Shown here: piece after piece, positions 54,572 through 63,835 of the stretch
Position numbering within the stretch: the stretch's first letter is position 1
Layout: each line of letters opens with the position of its first letter
Source: a virus
Lineage: Duplodnaviria > Caudoviricetes
Reading direction: 5' to 3' (one strand)
Virus record (IMG/VR): IMGVR_UViG_3300033121_000493
Location: 64,001-128,000 of that record
Length of the DNA: 64,000 bases
Position numbers and translations under genes: made by a program
The notes under the pieces: generated by a model
Told to the model about the DNA's origin: nothing
Database searches by the model: none
Seen by the model: only the letters and a program-made list of their open reading frames with translations

Positions 54572-54645
54572 TGGGCCTAGCAGGGCTCGAACCTGCGACA
54601 AAGGGATTATGAGTCCCCTGCTCTGACCAACTGAGCTATAGGCCC
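54572..54645 (-). tRNA. tRNA(CAU), probably Ile2 (lysidine type) or elongator Met
   Basis: GGGGA-CTCATAA-TCCCT; GGGCCTA acceptor resembles Ile2. Confidence 0.85.
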
Positions 54646-54867
54646 AAAAAACCCCGTAACTTGCCCTAAAGCCCTAATAAGGCTTGCGTTACAGCAAGCA
54701 GCCACTACTATTGGAACAGGCTTGTTTGAGGCCGGTACAGGTAACGGGGGCGTCAAGCAAGATCGCCAAGACTATAATAGTGACAATATTGTCACACCCA
54801 GCTTTCTTGCTTGTTTCCTACATAACACTTGACCTACTAGTAACTATACGACTAGCAGGCTTAAGTC

Positions 54868-55290
54868 TCAACTGCGCCAAAACGACTTACACAGACTCGC
54901 AAAAGAAGCTTTAATACGATGCCACCAGGATGCGGATTTTTGCTTTAGTCGTTTTGCTTCGTCATCAAAATCGCCTAGTGCTGCGCCGAGGCATATAATG
55001 TTATGCCCGGCTAGCGCAGCATTGTAAGAAGTGTAACGACGACTACCAGATGCAATCTCGGCACCAGCGAGGTTATTCTCGTTACGCACAAACGTCGCTG
55101 TAGACCAGAGTACCGGGTCTCCTTCTACAGTAGAATCAGTAGCTACACCTAGAAAAATTGTACTGACTATAACGTGCTCGAAAAAAACACAACCTACATC
55201 AAATCTTCCAGTAGCACCTTGTGCCATAGTTAGCTGGGATGACGGAACTTTTACCGGATTATTATCGTCATCTAGTATGTAATAATTCAT
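54868..55290 (-). CDS. Hypothetical phage protein
   Basis: 140 aa, YYILD...VSTIFLG. Confidence 0.6.
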   Translation of the reverse strand: MNYYILDDDNNPVKVPSSQLTMAQGATGRFDVGCVFFEHVIVSTIFLGVATDSTVEGDPVLWSTATFVRNENNLAGAEIASGSRRYTSYNAALAGHNIICLGAALGDFDDEAKRLKQKSASWWHRIKASFASLCKSFWRS

Positions 55291-55594
55291 ACGCGCCTAT
55301 TTGCAGCGGCCTGCTTTTCTTCTGCTAGACGTAACTTGATATCACCACTCAGTTTAAGAAGTGGGTAGATTACTTCTTCTTGTAACCGCCGCTTCTCGTC
55401 TTGTGTTAAGCCGTACAGAGACACCCCGGTTAGCTTAAAATATGCCTCTTGTAACAGCTGGTTGGCTAGTACCACTAATCACCGCTTAGCGCTGTGTAGT
55501 AACACAGCCAGCGTAAACGAACACGCGAAGATAATTAGCGTTATGGTTGTAATTGTAGAAACAACTTTCGGTTCGAAAAGGATGGTTGCCATAT

Positions 55595-55665
55595 TAGGGC
55601 TACCTGGTGTCGAACCAGGGACTGCTGGTCCAAAGCCAGCCGCGTTACCGCTACGCCATAGCCCT
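55595..55665 (-). tRNA. tRNA-Gln(UUG)
   Basis: GCTGG-CTTTGGA-CCAGC. Confidence 0.9.
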
Positions 55666-55675
55666 GAAAAACCCT

Positions 55676-55941
55676 GACTCATTTAGGTCACCTATAAATG
55701 TGTAAAATAATTACACGTACAGGTTGAACTGCTGCCAGTATGCGTATGCATCCGCTACTGGCACAACGAGTGACGCCTATATAAGTCAGGTACATAGTAG
55801 CAGACTGCGTGTTAATAGCTGTCTACTTTTAGGTCGACAGCTACACCGTAGTGGCTGTGCCAGTACGTCTTAAGTCTGCTACCTCTATAAAGTTGCAAGC
55901 ACTACGGTGCTGGATTTTTCAGCCGCACACCTAAGTGATTC
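55676..55941 (-). ncRNA. Candidate ~265 nt pseudoknotted ncRNA between tRNA-Arg and tRNA-Gln
   Basis: Three perfect 10-bp crossing helices, an 8-bp hairpin and an imperfect terminal stem; no ORF of 60 aa or more. Confidence 0.5.
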
Positions 55942-55946
55942 CAACA

Positions 55947-56020
55947 CGTGCCCGGAGGGACTTGAACCCCCAGTTAGGGGATTAGAAATCCCCTGTTTTG
56001 TCCAATTAAACTACGGGCAC
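55947..56020 (-). tRNA. tRNA-Arg(UCU)
   Basis: GGGGA-TTTCTAA-TCCCC. Confidence 0.92.
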
Positions 56021-56567
56021 AATGCAAGCGGTCAAGAATCAATCATGGCAATACGATCAAACCGTACATAGGACTGGAATTCATTATTGCACAAATCTTG
56101 GTAACTAAGTCTATATCAGACTGTAGCACCACCCATGATTTATGAATTCGACCGCCGCAATTAACACACCTATCAAAAACGAGCTCCGCACACATCAGCT
56201 TTACTACACCTGGCGTATCGGCGGTTATGCTATATGTGCTGTCAGTAAACAGTAAGGAATTTACTATCGCCACGCAATGCATACGCGTAATCACAGTATA
56301 CGGCAATTTGCGTAAAATGGCATTAACCTAGCTACAGTTTGCGGGCTAATGTACGGTATATATGATGCATACGATAGAGCAGATCTAGCCACATATCAGA
56401 GTGTAACTTTCCCCAGAAAGAGATGCGGTGGTTATAGAGTACGTTAAAGTAGTGGTTTGTATGTATAAGTATTGGATTTACCCAGTAATTAGGACGTTTG
56501 CGCTTTATTACACGGGTAGCTCTAGGAAAGATGGATGAGCGCCCATTGTACACGATAAACTTAACGG

Positions 56568-56894
56568 CTAGACTTTCCATGTAATAACAACGTTCCAGCC
56601 ATATTGTGAGCCGTAATCACAACTCTCGCAACCGCGATAGCTTATGTTATCGACATCGTCGATATCTGCTACATCATCACCAAGTGCTTCTTTGATGACA
56701 CCAGCAATAGACTTGTATTTGTCACGTACCGTAGGAACCTCGTACATTCTTGTGATTGTTAGCCTAGACTTATTTGGTTTATCGGTTGGTTTAAGATTTA
56801 ACTTCATGCCAACCAAGTCTGGATCTGACCCAAAATCTACATGCGGCTTAAGCAAATTATATAACTCAGTGCTAGTATAAGTACGAACTGCCAT
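56568..56894 (-). CDS. Hypothetical phage protein (GCESCDYGS)
   Basis: 108 aa, GGAG RBS. Confidence 0.6.
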   Translation of the reverse strand: MAVRTYTSTELYNLLKPHVDFGSDPDLVGMKLNLKPTDKPNKSRLTITRMYEVPTVRDKYKSIAGVIKEALGDDVADIDDVDNISYRGCESCDYGSQYGWNVVITWKV

Positions 56895-56925
56895 GCCCGG
56901 ACTCCATATAGTGATAAACCACGAA

Positions 56926-56998
56926 TGGGTGAGAAGGGAGTCGAACCCTCACTGAAGGGTTTTTAAAACCCCTGCCTCTGCCGTTGGGCTACCCACCC
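56926..56998 (-). tRNA. tRNA-Leu(UAA), short variable loop
   Basis: GGGGT-TTTAAAA-ACCCT, 5-nt variable loop, A73. Confidence 0.85.
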
Positions 56999-57013
56999 AC
57001 TACAAGAAATGAT

Positions 57014-57086
57014 TAGCGGAGGCTGGACTCGAACCAACGACCTCCAGGTTATGAGCCTGGCGAGCTACCGACTGCTCTACCCCGCC
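57014..57086 (-). tRNA. tRNA-Met(CAU), initiator-like
   Basis: GGCGGGGTAGAGCAG..GGTAGCTCG (A11:U24 as in fMet), CCAGG-CTCATAA-CCTGG, G1:U72. Confidence 0.85.
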
Positions 57087-57098
57087 ACTAAGACAAAG

Positions 57099-57167
57099 TC
57101 GTGACACTAGGATTCGAACCTAGAACTTCTACGATGTAGACGTTTTGTTTCATTAAACTACATCACG
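57099..57167 (-). ncRNA. tRNA-like gene with a 3-nt anticodon loop (pseudo-tRNA or decoy)
   Basis: Acceptor CGTGATG/TGTCACG, D stem GTTT/AAAC, TCTAC-ATC-GTAGA, T arm CTAGG-TTCGAAT-CCTAG. Confidence 0.75.
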
Positions 57168-57171
57168 GTTT

Positions 57172-57242
57172 AGCCTTCTGTAGGAATCGAACCTACATCA
57201 GCTGATTACAAATCAGCCGTTTTGCCGTTAAACTAAGAAGGC
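57172..57242 (-). tRNA. tRNA-Thr(UGU)
   Basis: GCTGA-TTTGTAA-TCAGC. Confidence 0.92.
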
Positions 57243-57333
57243 GTCGCATCCAGTGGGTTACGTAGACCGCCTACGTTGAGGGCCACTGGATGGAGTGAGG
57301 AGTTTATCAATGCAGCAATTTGGAGTCAAACTG

Positions 57334-57870
57334 CTACACGGCGGACGTTGGCTCTGTGTTTTGTTGTGTTGTCTGGTCGGATTGCTCGACAGTTGGTTCA
57401 GCGGTGGAGCTGGCCTGTGGGCGCTCCGTGTTCATGAACGCAACAAACTCGTCGTTGTAGTCGTCGATCAGCGAGTCAAAGACAGCCCAGAATTTTGGTT
57501 CTTCTCTAGCCACGTGCTTAATATCTTGTAGTATTAAACTTAACGAGTAATCTTCTTCGACTGCGTATGCTCTTGCCAGGCAAAATAAATCAATAAACAT
57601 TCGTATGCGGGTCTCCGGTCGTACGGTGAGCGGCATACTATGAATCATAGTCTTCAATTCCAGTAGCTTTAACGTAACTGCGTCTTCAACCAGCGGCGGG
57701 TTGTCATCGTCTAGTTCCGATTTGTTACAAAGACAGAAATTGTCTGTTTTGTTACTCACGGCAAAACGATTTTCAATATCAATCATCTTAAAAGCAATGT
57801 AAACAGACAGTAACATACTGGCAACGGCGATAATAGCAAAATATATGTCCACCAACTCTCCTTTGGCCAA
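57334..57870 (-). CDS. Hypothetical protein with an N-terminal TM helix
   Basis: IYFAIIAVASMLLSVYIAF. Confidence 0.55.
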   Translation of the reverse strand: MAKGELVDIYFAIIAVASMLLSVYIAFKMIDIENRFAVSNKTDNFCLCNKSELDDDNPPLVEDAVTLKLLELKTMIHSMPLTVRPETRIRMFIDLFCLARAYAVEEDYSLSLILQDIKHVAREEPKFWAVFDSLIDDYNDEFVAFMNTERPQASSTAEPTVEQSDQTTQQNTEPTSAV

Positions 57871-57902
57871 TAGCTAAAAATTTTGCGTGTGACAGAACAA
57901 AT

Positions 57903-57933
57903 GTAGCCCGCCCCCACACACGGGGCGGGCTAC
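57903..57933. terminator. Strong 12-bp GC hairpin (terminator or RNA stabiliser)
   Basis: GTAGCCCGCCCC-CACACAC-GGGGCGGGCTAC. Confidence 0.6.
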
Positions 57934-58041
57934 GCTCAACACAGACAACAAAGTCAAGTTTGGCTGGTGAATAAACTTGAATAGTTCAAGCTATTACACA
58001 GTCAAACTTAAAAAGACGTGCTCGCGCCGTGGGTCGACCAA

Positions 58042-58077
58042 TTAGTTGGCTTCGTCAAAGAAATTGAAAGTTTTCAT
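58042..58077 (-). CDS. Candidate minigene MKTFNFFDEAN
   Basis: AAGGAGGT RBS 5 nt before the ATG. Confidence 0.4.
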   Translation of the reverse strand: MKTFNFFDEAN

Positions 58078-58160
58078 GGCTAACCTCCTTTCTACTTGAA
58101 AAAGGTGACAAAGCGACAGGTGGCACGCTTCAAGCGGTTCGTACCAAATGAACAAAGTAG

Positions 58161-58187
58161 CTACGCGTAACCGTCAAACATAGACAT
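58161..58187 (-). CDS. Candidate minigene (MS)MFDGYA
   Basis: AGGAGGTGA RBS, well spaced for the second ATG. Confidence 0.35.
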   Translation of the reverse strand: MSMFDGYA

Positions 58188-58643
58188 TCACCTCCTATTC
58201 TTACGCTGCGGCGAAATACCGCCTACAGCTTGCTGCGTTTGCTTACAGGCTGCTTATGCCTGTAGCGCGCTACCGACAGGCCGGCAACAATACCGACAAA
58301 TCCGCCAGCAACACACCCAAAAAATGCAAACAAAGCCCACCAGCCGATGCTGACCGCTACAGGTAGTGTCATCACCGGCCCTTCGCGGCGGCTGCGATGA
58401 TGCCGAACAAGACCAGCAGAAAAATAAGCAGCGTGGACAGAAAACACGCGTCTGGCCACTCAAGAAGTGCCAACATGATTTGCTCTCGCATATGAGACGT
58501 GTTTGACGCCGAACTCAAACCCAAGAGCTAGCAATTTGGCAGCGCAAAAAGCCAACTCTTGGGTTTTACAATCTGCAATAACTACGCGCCCGAAAAAGGT
58601 AACCGACGTGTCGACTACCTCGAACGGCGCTACGTTACTACAG

Positions 58644-59684
58644 TTATTTGTTGCCGTCAACGCGGTCACGCAGCTCCGACACTTCATCGCCGAAGATGGT
58701 GTCGGTGCCGATATCGCTCGAAGTGCGCAGCTGGCCAGCGATCTGCGCGGCAACGTCATCGCCGATGATGGGGCGGTGCTCGCCAGCACTGCGGCTGCTG
58801 GCAACTTCGGTCCGATCTTGATTGTCATTCCGCCTGTTGTGACGATTGCTGCGGTTCGCAGGGTTGGTGTCGGCCCGCAACGTGTAGTCAAGCGAGCCGA
58901 TGGCCAGCTTCGCGGAAAGCTGATCGTCAGGGCGAATGTAGACCGGAGTGTTGACCTTGACATAGATGTTGCTGACGTCGTACACGCCGGAAGACCACCG
59001 AACCGGATACAGCGGGCTGCCGATGTGATCGACAACGTGTTGCGTGATCACGTGCTGCAGAAGCTTCTCGCTGTCTTCGGGATACTGCTGCAGAAGCTTG
59101 GCGAATGCCGCTTGTGACAACCGCGTCGCGCACGCATCGCTGAATGGCTTGCTGAGAACGCCGACAGGAATGGTTCCTTGCGTTTGCCCGGTGACAATTT
59201 GCCAGGCATCCCAGCGCACCACTTCCATGTTGAGCGGCTCAGACGCGGCCGCGCTGAAGTAGATCGGCAGATCACCAAACGGAGTTTCGATCGGCTGGAT
59301 CTCAGAGTCTTTGCCGAGAAGCAACATCGCCGAATCGTAATTGTTGTACGCGTGGCGCGCACGCGTACGATCGGTGATTTGATTGCTCCGCGCCGCCTCG
59401 TAATCCTGCACGATGAACTTGTAATCCCACCACTTGTTCCCGCGCAGCGCGAAAACGCCAGACGTGCCGACATCGAAGCGCAGGTAGCAGAACCGGTTCA
59501 CGGTGATGCTGTTGCCACGGACGCGGTCGCTCCCGGTGCTCTGTCGAGCGGACGGGGTAACGACGTCGATGAACATGGAAAACAGCTTCGAATCAGTGAG
59601 TCGGGCGATCCCGTTCACGGCACGCGCCGACAGCGCCACGAAACCAACGCGATTGATGAATTTGTCCGGAGCAACTGACGTCAT
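58644..59684 (-). CDS. Hypothetical protein, GC-rich coding sequence
   Basis: 346 aa, AGGAG RBS, C/G-ending codons. Confidence 0.7.
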   Translation of the reverse strand: MTSVAPDKFINRVGFVALSARAVNGIARLTDSKLFSMFIDVVTPSARQSTGSDRVRGNSITVNRFCYLRFDVGTSGVFALRGNKWWDYKFIVQDYEAARSNQITDRTRARHAYNNYDSAMLLLGKDSEIQPIETPFGDLPIYFSAAASEPLNMEVVRWDAWQIVTGQTQGTIPVGVLSKPFSDACATRLSQAAFAKLLQQYPEDSEKLLQHVITQHVVDHIGSPLYPVRWSSGVYDVSNIYVKVNTPVYIRPDDQLSAKLAIGSLDYTLRADTNPANRSNRHNRRNDNQDRTEVASSRSAGEHRPIIGDDVAAQIAGQLRTSSDIGTDTIFGDEVSELRDRVDGNK

Positions 59685-59693
59685 GACAATCTC

Positions 59694-60074
59694 CTAGTGG
59701 CTATTAGCCACAATTACTGTTCCGTCGGCGGCGGTCAGCTTCACTTGCACTGTGCGAGTGATTTTAGGCTGTAGCCGTTGGCCTTGGAACATCAGCAAAC
59801 AGTCTGCGGAAATAATTGAAGTGTACTCTAAATAAGTACTAGCCATAGCGTCTACGTCATCAAATTCTAATACCTGTATATCGTTGTGGTTAACTACTAC
59901 TAAGTAGCCATGAAACAACGGTAATACAGAACTTGAGCTGGATTCTTGCGGCAATGCGTCGCCCAAACCAGATGAAGCTAATTGCTCATCCGGTTTGGGC
60001 GAACCGTCGGACTCCACCATTTTACTTCCTTGGAGGCTTGGCAGGCATGGAGAATGTTCGTTTATTAGAATCAC
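59694..60074 (-). CDS. Hypothetical protein
   Basis: 126 aa; probable true start at MVESDG. Confidence 0.5.
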   Translation of the reverse strand: MILINEHSPCLPSLQGSKMVESDGSPKPDEQLASSGLGDALPQESSSSSVLPLFHGYLVVVNHNDIQVLEFDDVDAMASTYLEYTSIISADCLLMFQGQRLQPKITRTVQVKLTAADGTVIVANSH

Positions 60075-60501
60075 TCTTCACAGCCTGGTTTGGTTCTGGT
60101 TGCGGAACGCTCGGCGGCGTATCATTTGTGCTAGCAAGTAACTGGGCTACTTGTAGTCTAGCGCTTATGTCCACGGCGTAAGCGTCGTCAAGTGTCATTA
60201 CAGCTACAGCGAGAATCTCAGTGACCTGAACATACGTATCGCCGTTTTGCTGTATGACTAGAGAACTGGAAGTTATTACAGGACTGGTGCCTGGAGCAAC
60301 AGTCATTTTATTTTCGTCGGCCCACTTGTTGAACTCTTCGTCAACTGGTGGCTGCTCAGAGACAAGTTCCCACTCAGAGCCAGCGGCCCTGTAAACAGTT
60401 ACCGAACTTAACTTTATCAGTTTAATAGGCTTATTGGCTGCGCTAGAAAGCACGATCGATTCTCCCCCGGCTGGTAAGAATTTTCTGCGCACAATCAACA
60501 A
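60022..60501 (-). CDS. Hypothetical protein
   Basis: 159 aa ORF. Confidence 0.5.
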   Translation of the reverse strand: MLIVRRKFLPAGGESIVLSSAANKPIKLIKLSSVTVYRAAGSEWELVSEQPPVDEEFNKWADENKMTVAPGTSPVITSSSLVIQQNGDTYVQVTEILAVAVMTLDDAYAVDISARLQVAQLLASTNDTPPSVPQPEPNQAVKSDSNKRTFSMPAKPPRK

Positions 60502-61033
60502 TGTGTGACGGCGCAGTGTCCCAGACCAGCTTAGCGGGTAGGCCGGGAACTATGTTTAGCTTGCCCTTATTGCCAACGGGCAAAAATACCTGCACACGCG
60601 CCGGTAGCGCGCTAGAGGTGAGAATGAGATCCTCACCTATGTCCTCAACGTCGATGATCCTCGAATGGGTAAACCAAACAAGGTTTTTATTGGCGCTATA
60701 AAAACCTAGAGTACTGACATACCCTGCAAAGGCATCCCAGGCCTCTAGGTTTATAGCTTCCACATAGCGTCCCCAATTGTACACGCCGCTGATCACCGTT
60801 TTGCGGTAATCAATTATGACGCGATCCTGTATGCCTGCTTCCAGTTCAAACTGATCTGGAATGCTGTAGGCAATACCGGCGTGTACGTACAGGGGAGCTA
60901 AAGAAAACATCGCATATTGTCCAACTACTTCTCGTACTGACGCTGGTCGAATTGTTTTGATTTCACGACGTTGTGCACGTCGAGTATCGTGGATTTCACG
61001 CGACCAAGTGTCATCAGAGTTTCGTATAAACAC
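60443..61033 (-). CDS. Hypothetical protein
   Basis: 196 aa ORF. Confidence 0.55.
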   Translation of the reverse strand: MFIRNSDDTWSREIHDTRRAQRREIKTIRPASVREVVGQYAMFSLAPLYVHAGIAYSIPDQFELEAGIQDRVIIDYRKTVISGVYNWGRYVEAINLEAWDAFAGYVSTLGFYSANKNLVWFTHSRIIDVEDIGEDLILTSSALPARVQVFLPVGNKGKLNIVPGLPAKLVWDTAPSHIVDCAQKILTSRGRIDRAF

Positions 61034-61091
61034 GATGTTAGTTCCTGACTAATATCAAGTACATCTTATAGTAACACAATTGTGTCTGAAA

Positions 61092-61661
61092 TTAAGCAGG
61101 AATAACCTGCCCAAATTTTAACACGGCAACGATAATGTCTGTCTCAGACAATGGCTTATTAGATCGTATAAGCCCGGTTAACTTAGCGTAATTAACGAAT
61201 GTGTCAATTGTAGCCTGGGCGTTGCTACCCAGAATCAACGCAAACGGATCTTTCATACACGCTTGTATGCAGTCAAATGAATCGCAATACGGTACAACGC
61301 CTGGCGAAACAGTTACTTTATCTACTAGTAGTGAGTTAACTAAAAGACTCCAGGCGCGGGCCCACTGTTTAGCGTAGAACACAACAGAATCACGGCTGCA
61401 GTTAGTAACAAACTCATACGCGTCTTTGGCGTCTAGAGTCTGTACTTTATCTCCGTTAGCCAGATCTGAAATATGCACACCTGTAACGTTAGCCAGAAGC
61501 GGTGTAGTACCCGCCTCTTCATGAATCTGTTCGGTTCTACGCTCAGTCCAGTCGTTAATAGCCTTATCTGTCTTATAGTTACTGGGCGGTGAGCCTATAG
61601 CAACAATATCTTTATAGAAAGGACGTGGCTCGGATTCTACTGCCAGAATAAACTTGTGCAT
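61092..61661 (-). CDS. Possible degenerate RNase H-fold 3'-5' exonuclease-like protein
   Basis: ILAVES (DxE-like position with Asp lost), PSNYK...W...PLLANV; adjacent to nucleases. Confidence 0.35.
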   Translation of the reverse strand: MHKFILAVESEPRPFYKDIVAIGSPPSNYKTDKAINDWTERRTEQIHEEAGTTPLLANVTGVHISDLANGDKVQTLDAKDAYEFVTNCSRDSVVFYAKQWARAWSLLVNSLLVDKVTVSPGVVPYCDSFDCIQACMKDPFALILGSNAQATIDTFVNYAKLTGLIRSNKPLSETDIIVAVLKFGQVIPA

Positions 61662-61673
61662 TTTTACAAACCT

Positions 61674-62210
61674 TTAAGTCACCGCGTTGAAATCAGGAAT
61701 GTACGTTCGTTTTCCATAGTGAGCAATGAGTAACGCGGCAGCTTTGTCCGCGTCACTCTTTCTAGATAAATTCCCGCTCTGTGTCGGGTGCTGTCTGATT
61801 GCTTGGGCTCTATACAATTCTAGTCTTTCATTTCTATCTTTGGGACACTGCTGTAGCATTACGGACTGCCATCGCTTTGAGGACACCAGCAGGTATGGTA
61901 AATTGTTACACGCTAAAACCTGCTGAATGGCCCAAAACGATCCGCCGAAAGTAAATGCGCTTGATACGCCGTCTCTCGGCATGGCGGATACATTTTCTAA
62001 GAATACAAACTTGTTACCGGGTAAGTCACTAATTTTTTTGAAAAGTGATGCCATTTCTGGAAACACGAACGTTGTCTTGTGGCCCGAACTAGTTTTCTTT
62101 TCTTTAATCGTAGGGAACTTTTCAAGTAGTAGTACGTTTAAGTCATTGTCTAAAACGGCAACTGCCCCATTCACACCTGGGTCTATGCCTATCCATATGT
62201 CAATTCCCAC
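61674..62210 (-). CDS. RuvC-like Holliday junction resolvase
   Basis: IGIDPGVNGAVA, FLENV, SAFTFG, V...WQ, DKAAALLIA. Confidence 0.85.
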   Translation of the reverse strand: MGIDIWIGIDPGVNGAVAVLDNDLNVLLLEKFPTIKEKKTSSGHKTTFVFPEMASLFKKISDLPGNKFVFLENVSAMPRDGVSSAFTFGGSFWAIQQVLACNNLPYLLVSSKRWQSVMLQQCPKDRNERLELYRAQAIRQHPTQSGNLSRKSDADKAAALLIAHYGKRTYIPDFNAVT

Positions 62211-62958
62211 AAATTCTATTCCTTATGTTTTGGTATACAATATGCGTCATGTAACAATCGTTAGCTGCGTCGTGTGCTGTAATGATGCGGTCTGTACTAT
62301 CACTACACGCGTCTTTGTACGCCGCAGCTAAATTCCAAAAAACACCTTTAGCCCGTATCTCACGAACACGTAACGACCACTCGTAAATGGACTCATATTC
62401 ATATGGTGTGGCTTTGATTTTGATTGCTTTAACAAACGCACCAGTATCAAACCAACGAGATACGTCAAACGTAAATTTATCAGCATACTTGAGAAAAGCA
62501 ACTTCTAAAAATGGTAAATCAAACTGTATGGCGTTATGCCCTAGCATAATAGACGTTTTATCTAATGCCAGCGTGTGCCTAATCAAACTGATTATAGAAT
62601 TCAGCGCAGCTTGTCTAGGCTGCCCCAAGGCGCGCACGTCGGCAGATTTAACATAATCAGTTTCACCATTAGCTATTTTATTCCTAACGTACGATGAATT
62701 GTCATACGCGTCTAATATATCATCGTCTGTTTGTATGAAGATGGAATTATTAAACGCCACCTCTCCATTGATACAAGACAAGAATCCTACCTGCAGAATC
62801 TCGTCTTCTGAGGGGCTAACGCCTGTTGTCTCTATGTCAAGCACCGTATACGTATTTGGCAAACAGTCCATGCCGTGACGGTACAGGTGTTCTTTAAACT
62901 TTGAGTCAAAACCGGCGTCATCGAGCTCTCTATCTAAAATTAGCGTAGGACTACTCAT
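62200..62958 (-). CDS. DEDDh 3'-5' exonuclease (DnaQ-like)
   Basis: LDIETTG, GHNAIQFDLPFL, FDT, AHDAANDC. Confidence 0.9.
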   Translation of the reverse strand: MSSPTLILDRELDDAGFDSKFKEHLYRHGMDCLPNTYTVLDIETTGVSPSEDEILQVGFLSCINGEVAFNNSIFIQTDDDILDAYDNSSYVRNKIANGETDYVKSADVRALGQPRQAALNSIISLIRHTLALDKTSIMLGHNAIQFDLPFLEVAFLKYADKFTFDVSRWFDTGAFVKAIKIKATPYEYESIYEWSLRVREIRAKGVFWNLAAAYKDACSDSTDRIITAHDAANDCYMTHIVYQNIRNRICGN

Positions 62959-63835
62959 GACCTTTTAGTATCCTAACAAACTTGTCACAGTCTATGTCTA
63001 GCGCGGATGTCGCCGCTGGTGATATAACAAGACTAGACCAACAGTCTAAATACGACCGTACAAACAAATCAACAAACGCCGCACAAAACTCAAGCTGTAA
63101 TTGGCTGTTCGTGTTTGTGAACATATCGACAGCCGTTGAGTTTGGAACTCTATTTGCTATATCAAAACAAAGCGGCTCTAGGCTAGCCGCTAGTGTGGCC
63201 AATTGACTCAACTTATCTGGCGTAGATAAGAAGTTGTTGCTAGATAACATTTGCTTTTGCAGCCGGTCGATTACAGTACCAACTATTTTTGGTACAAACA
63301 CCGATATGTCTCTAGCTGGGTGAACGCGAGTCGTCGTAGCCTCGAAAGGGAAAAGCTCTTCAGTGTTAGCTGCAGTATGTTCTATTGATGCCGACGCTTT
63401 AACGTGATGCAACTGCCGCAGTAGCCTACGTATTGTGGGAAGATTAGGATCTTCGGAATGCTTATTAAGGCTAAGCGTGTAAGTTTCAGCAAACTTGTGT
63501 AATAGTGTTATCGTAATAGCCATATCGACAACGTCAGCCGCCGATGTTCTATTATTGCAGTATAAGTCCCAAACATCGTAAGGCGGGTTCTTAGATCCAG
63601 CCGTTTTTATGAACTCAGCGTAGAATTTTACTACGCGCTTTATCTGCTCGTACAGATCGTCGCCACTTTGTTCGCAAATCTGTACAAGAAAATTGATAGG
63701 TTTATTAGCATCTTTATATATCATATCACCAAGGGCGTGAAACGTTGACGACAGAGCGTTTGGAAAAATTACGGTTAAGTCACGCTCAACCATCCACCAT
63801 CGTTTGTCGCCGTCAGGTTGTCGTATTCGCAGCAT
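62951..63835 (-). CDS. Hypothetical protein
   Basis: 294 aa, coupled to the exonuclease gene. Confidence 0.6.
   Translation of the reverse strand: MLRIRQPDGDKRWWMVERDLTVIFPNALSSTFHALGDMIYKDANKPINFLVQICEQSGDDLYEQIKRVVKFYAEFIKTAGSKNPPYDVWDLYCNNRTSAADVVDMAITITLLHKFAETYTLSLNKHSEDPNLPTIRRLLRQLHHVKASASIEHTAANTEELFPFEATTTRVHPARDISVFVPKIVGTVIDRLQKQMLSSNNFLSTPDKLSQLATLAASLEPLCFDIANRVPNSTAVDMFTNTNSQLQLEFCAAFVDLFVRSYLDCWSSLVISPAATSALDIDCDKFVRILKGHE

Noticed and set aside
58460-59678. Overlapping long ORFs 58460-59035, 58503-59117, 59048-59473 and 59178-59678
   Set aside because: They are explained by stop-codon scarcity in the GC-rich gene 58644-59684
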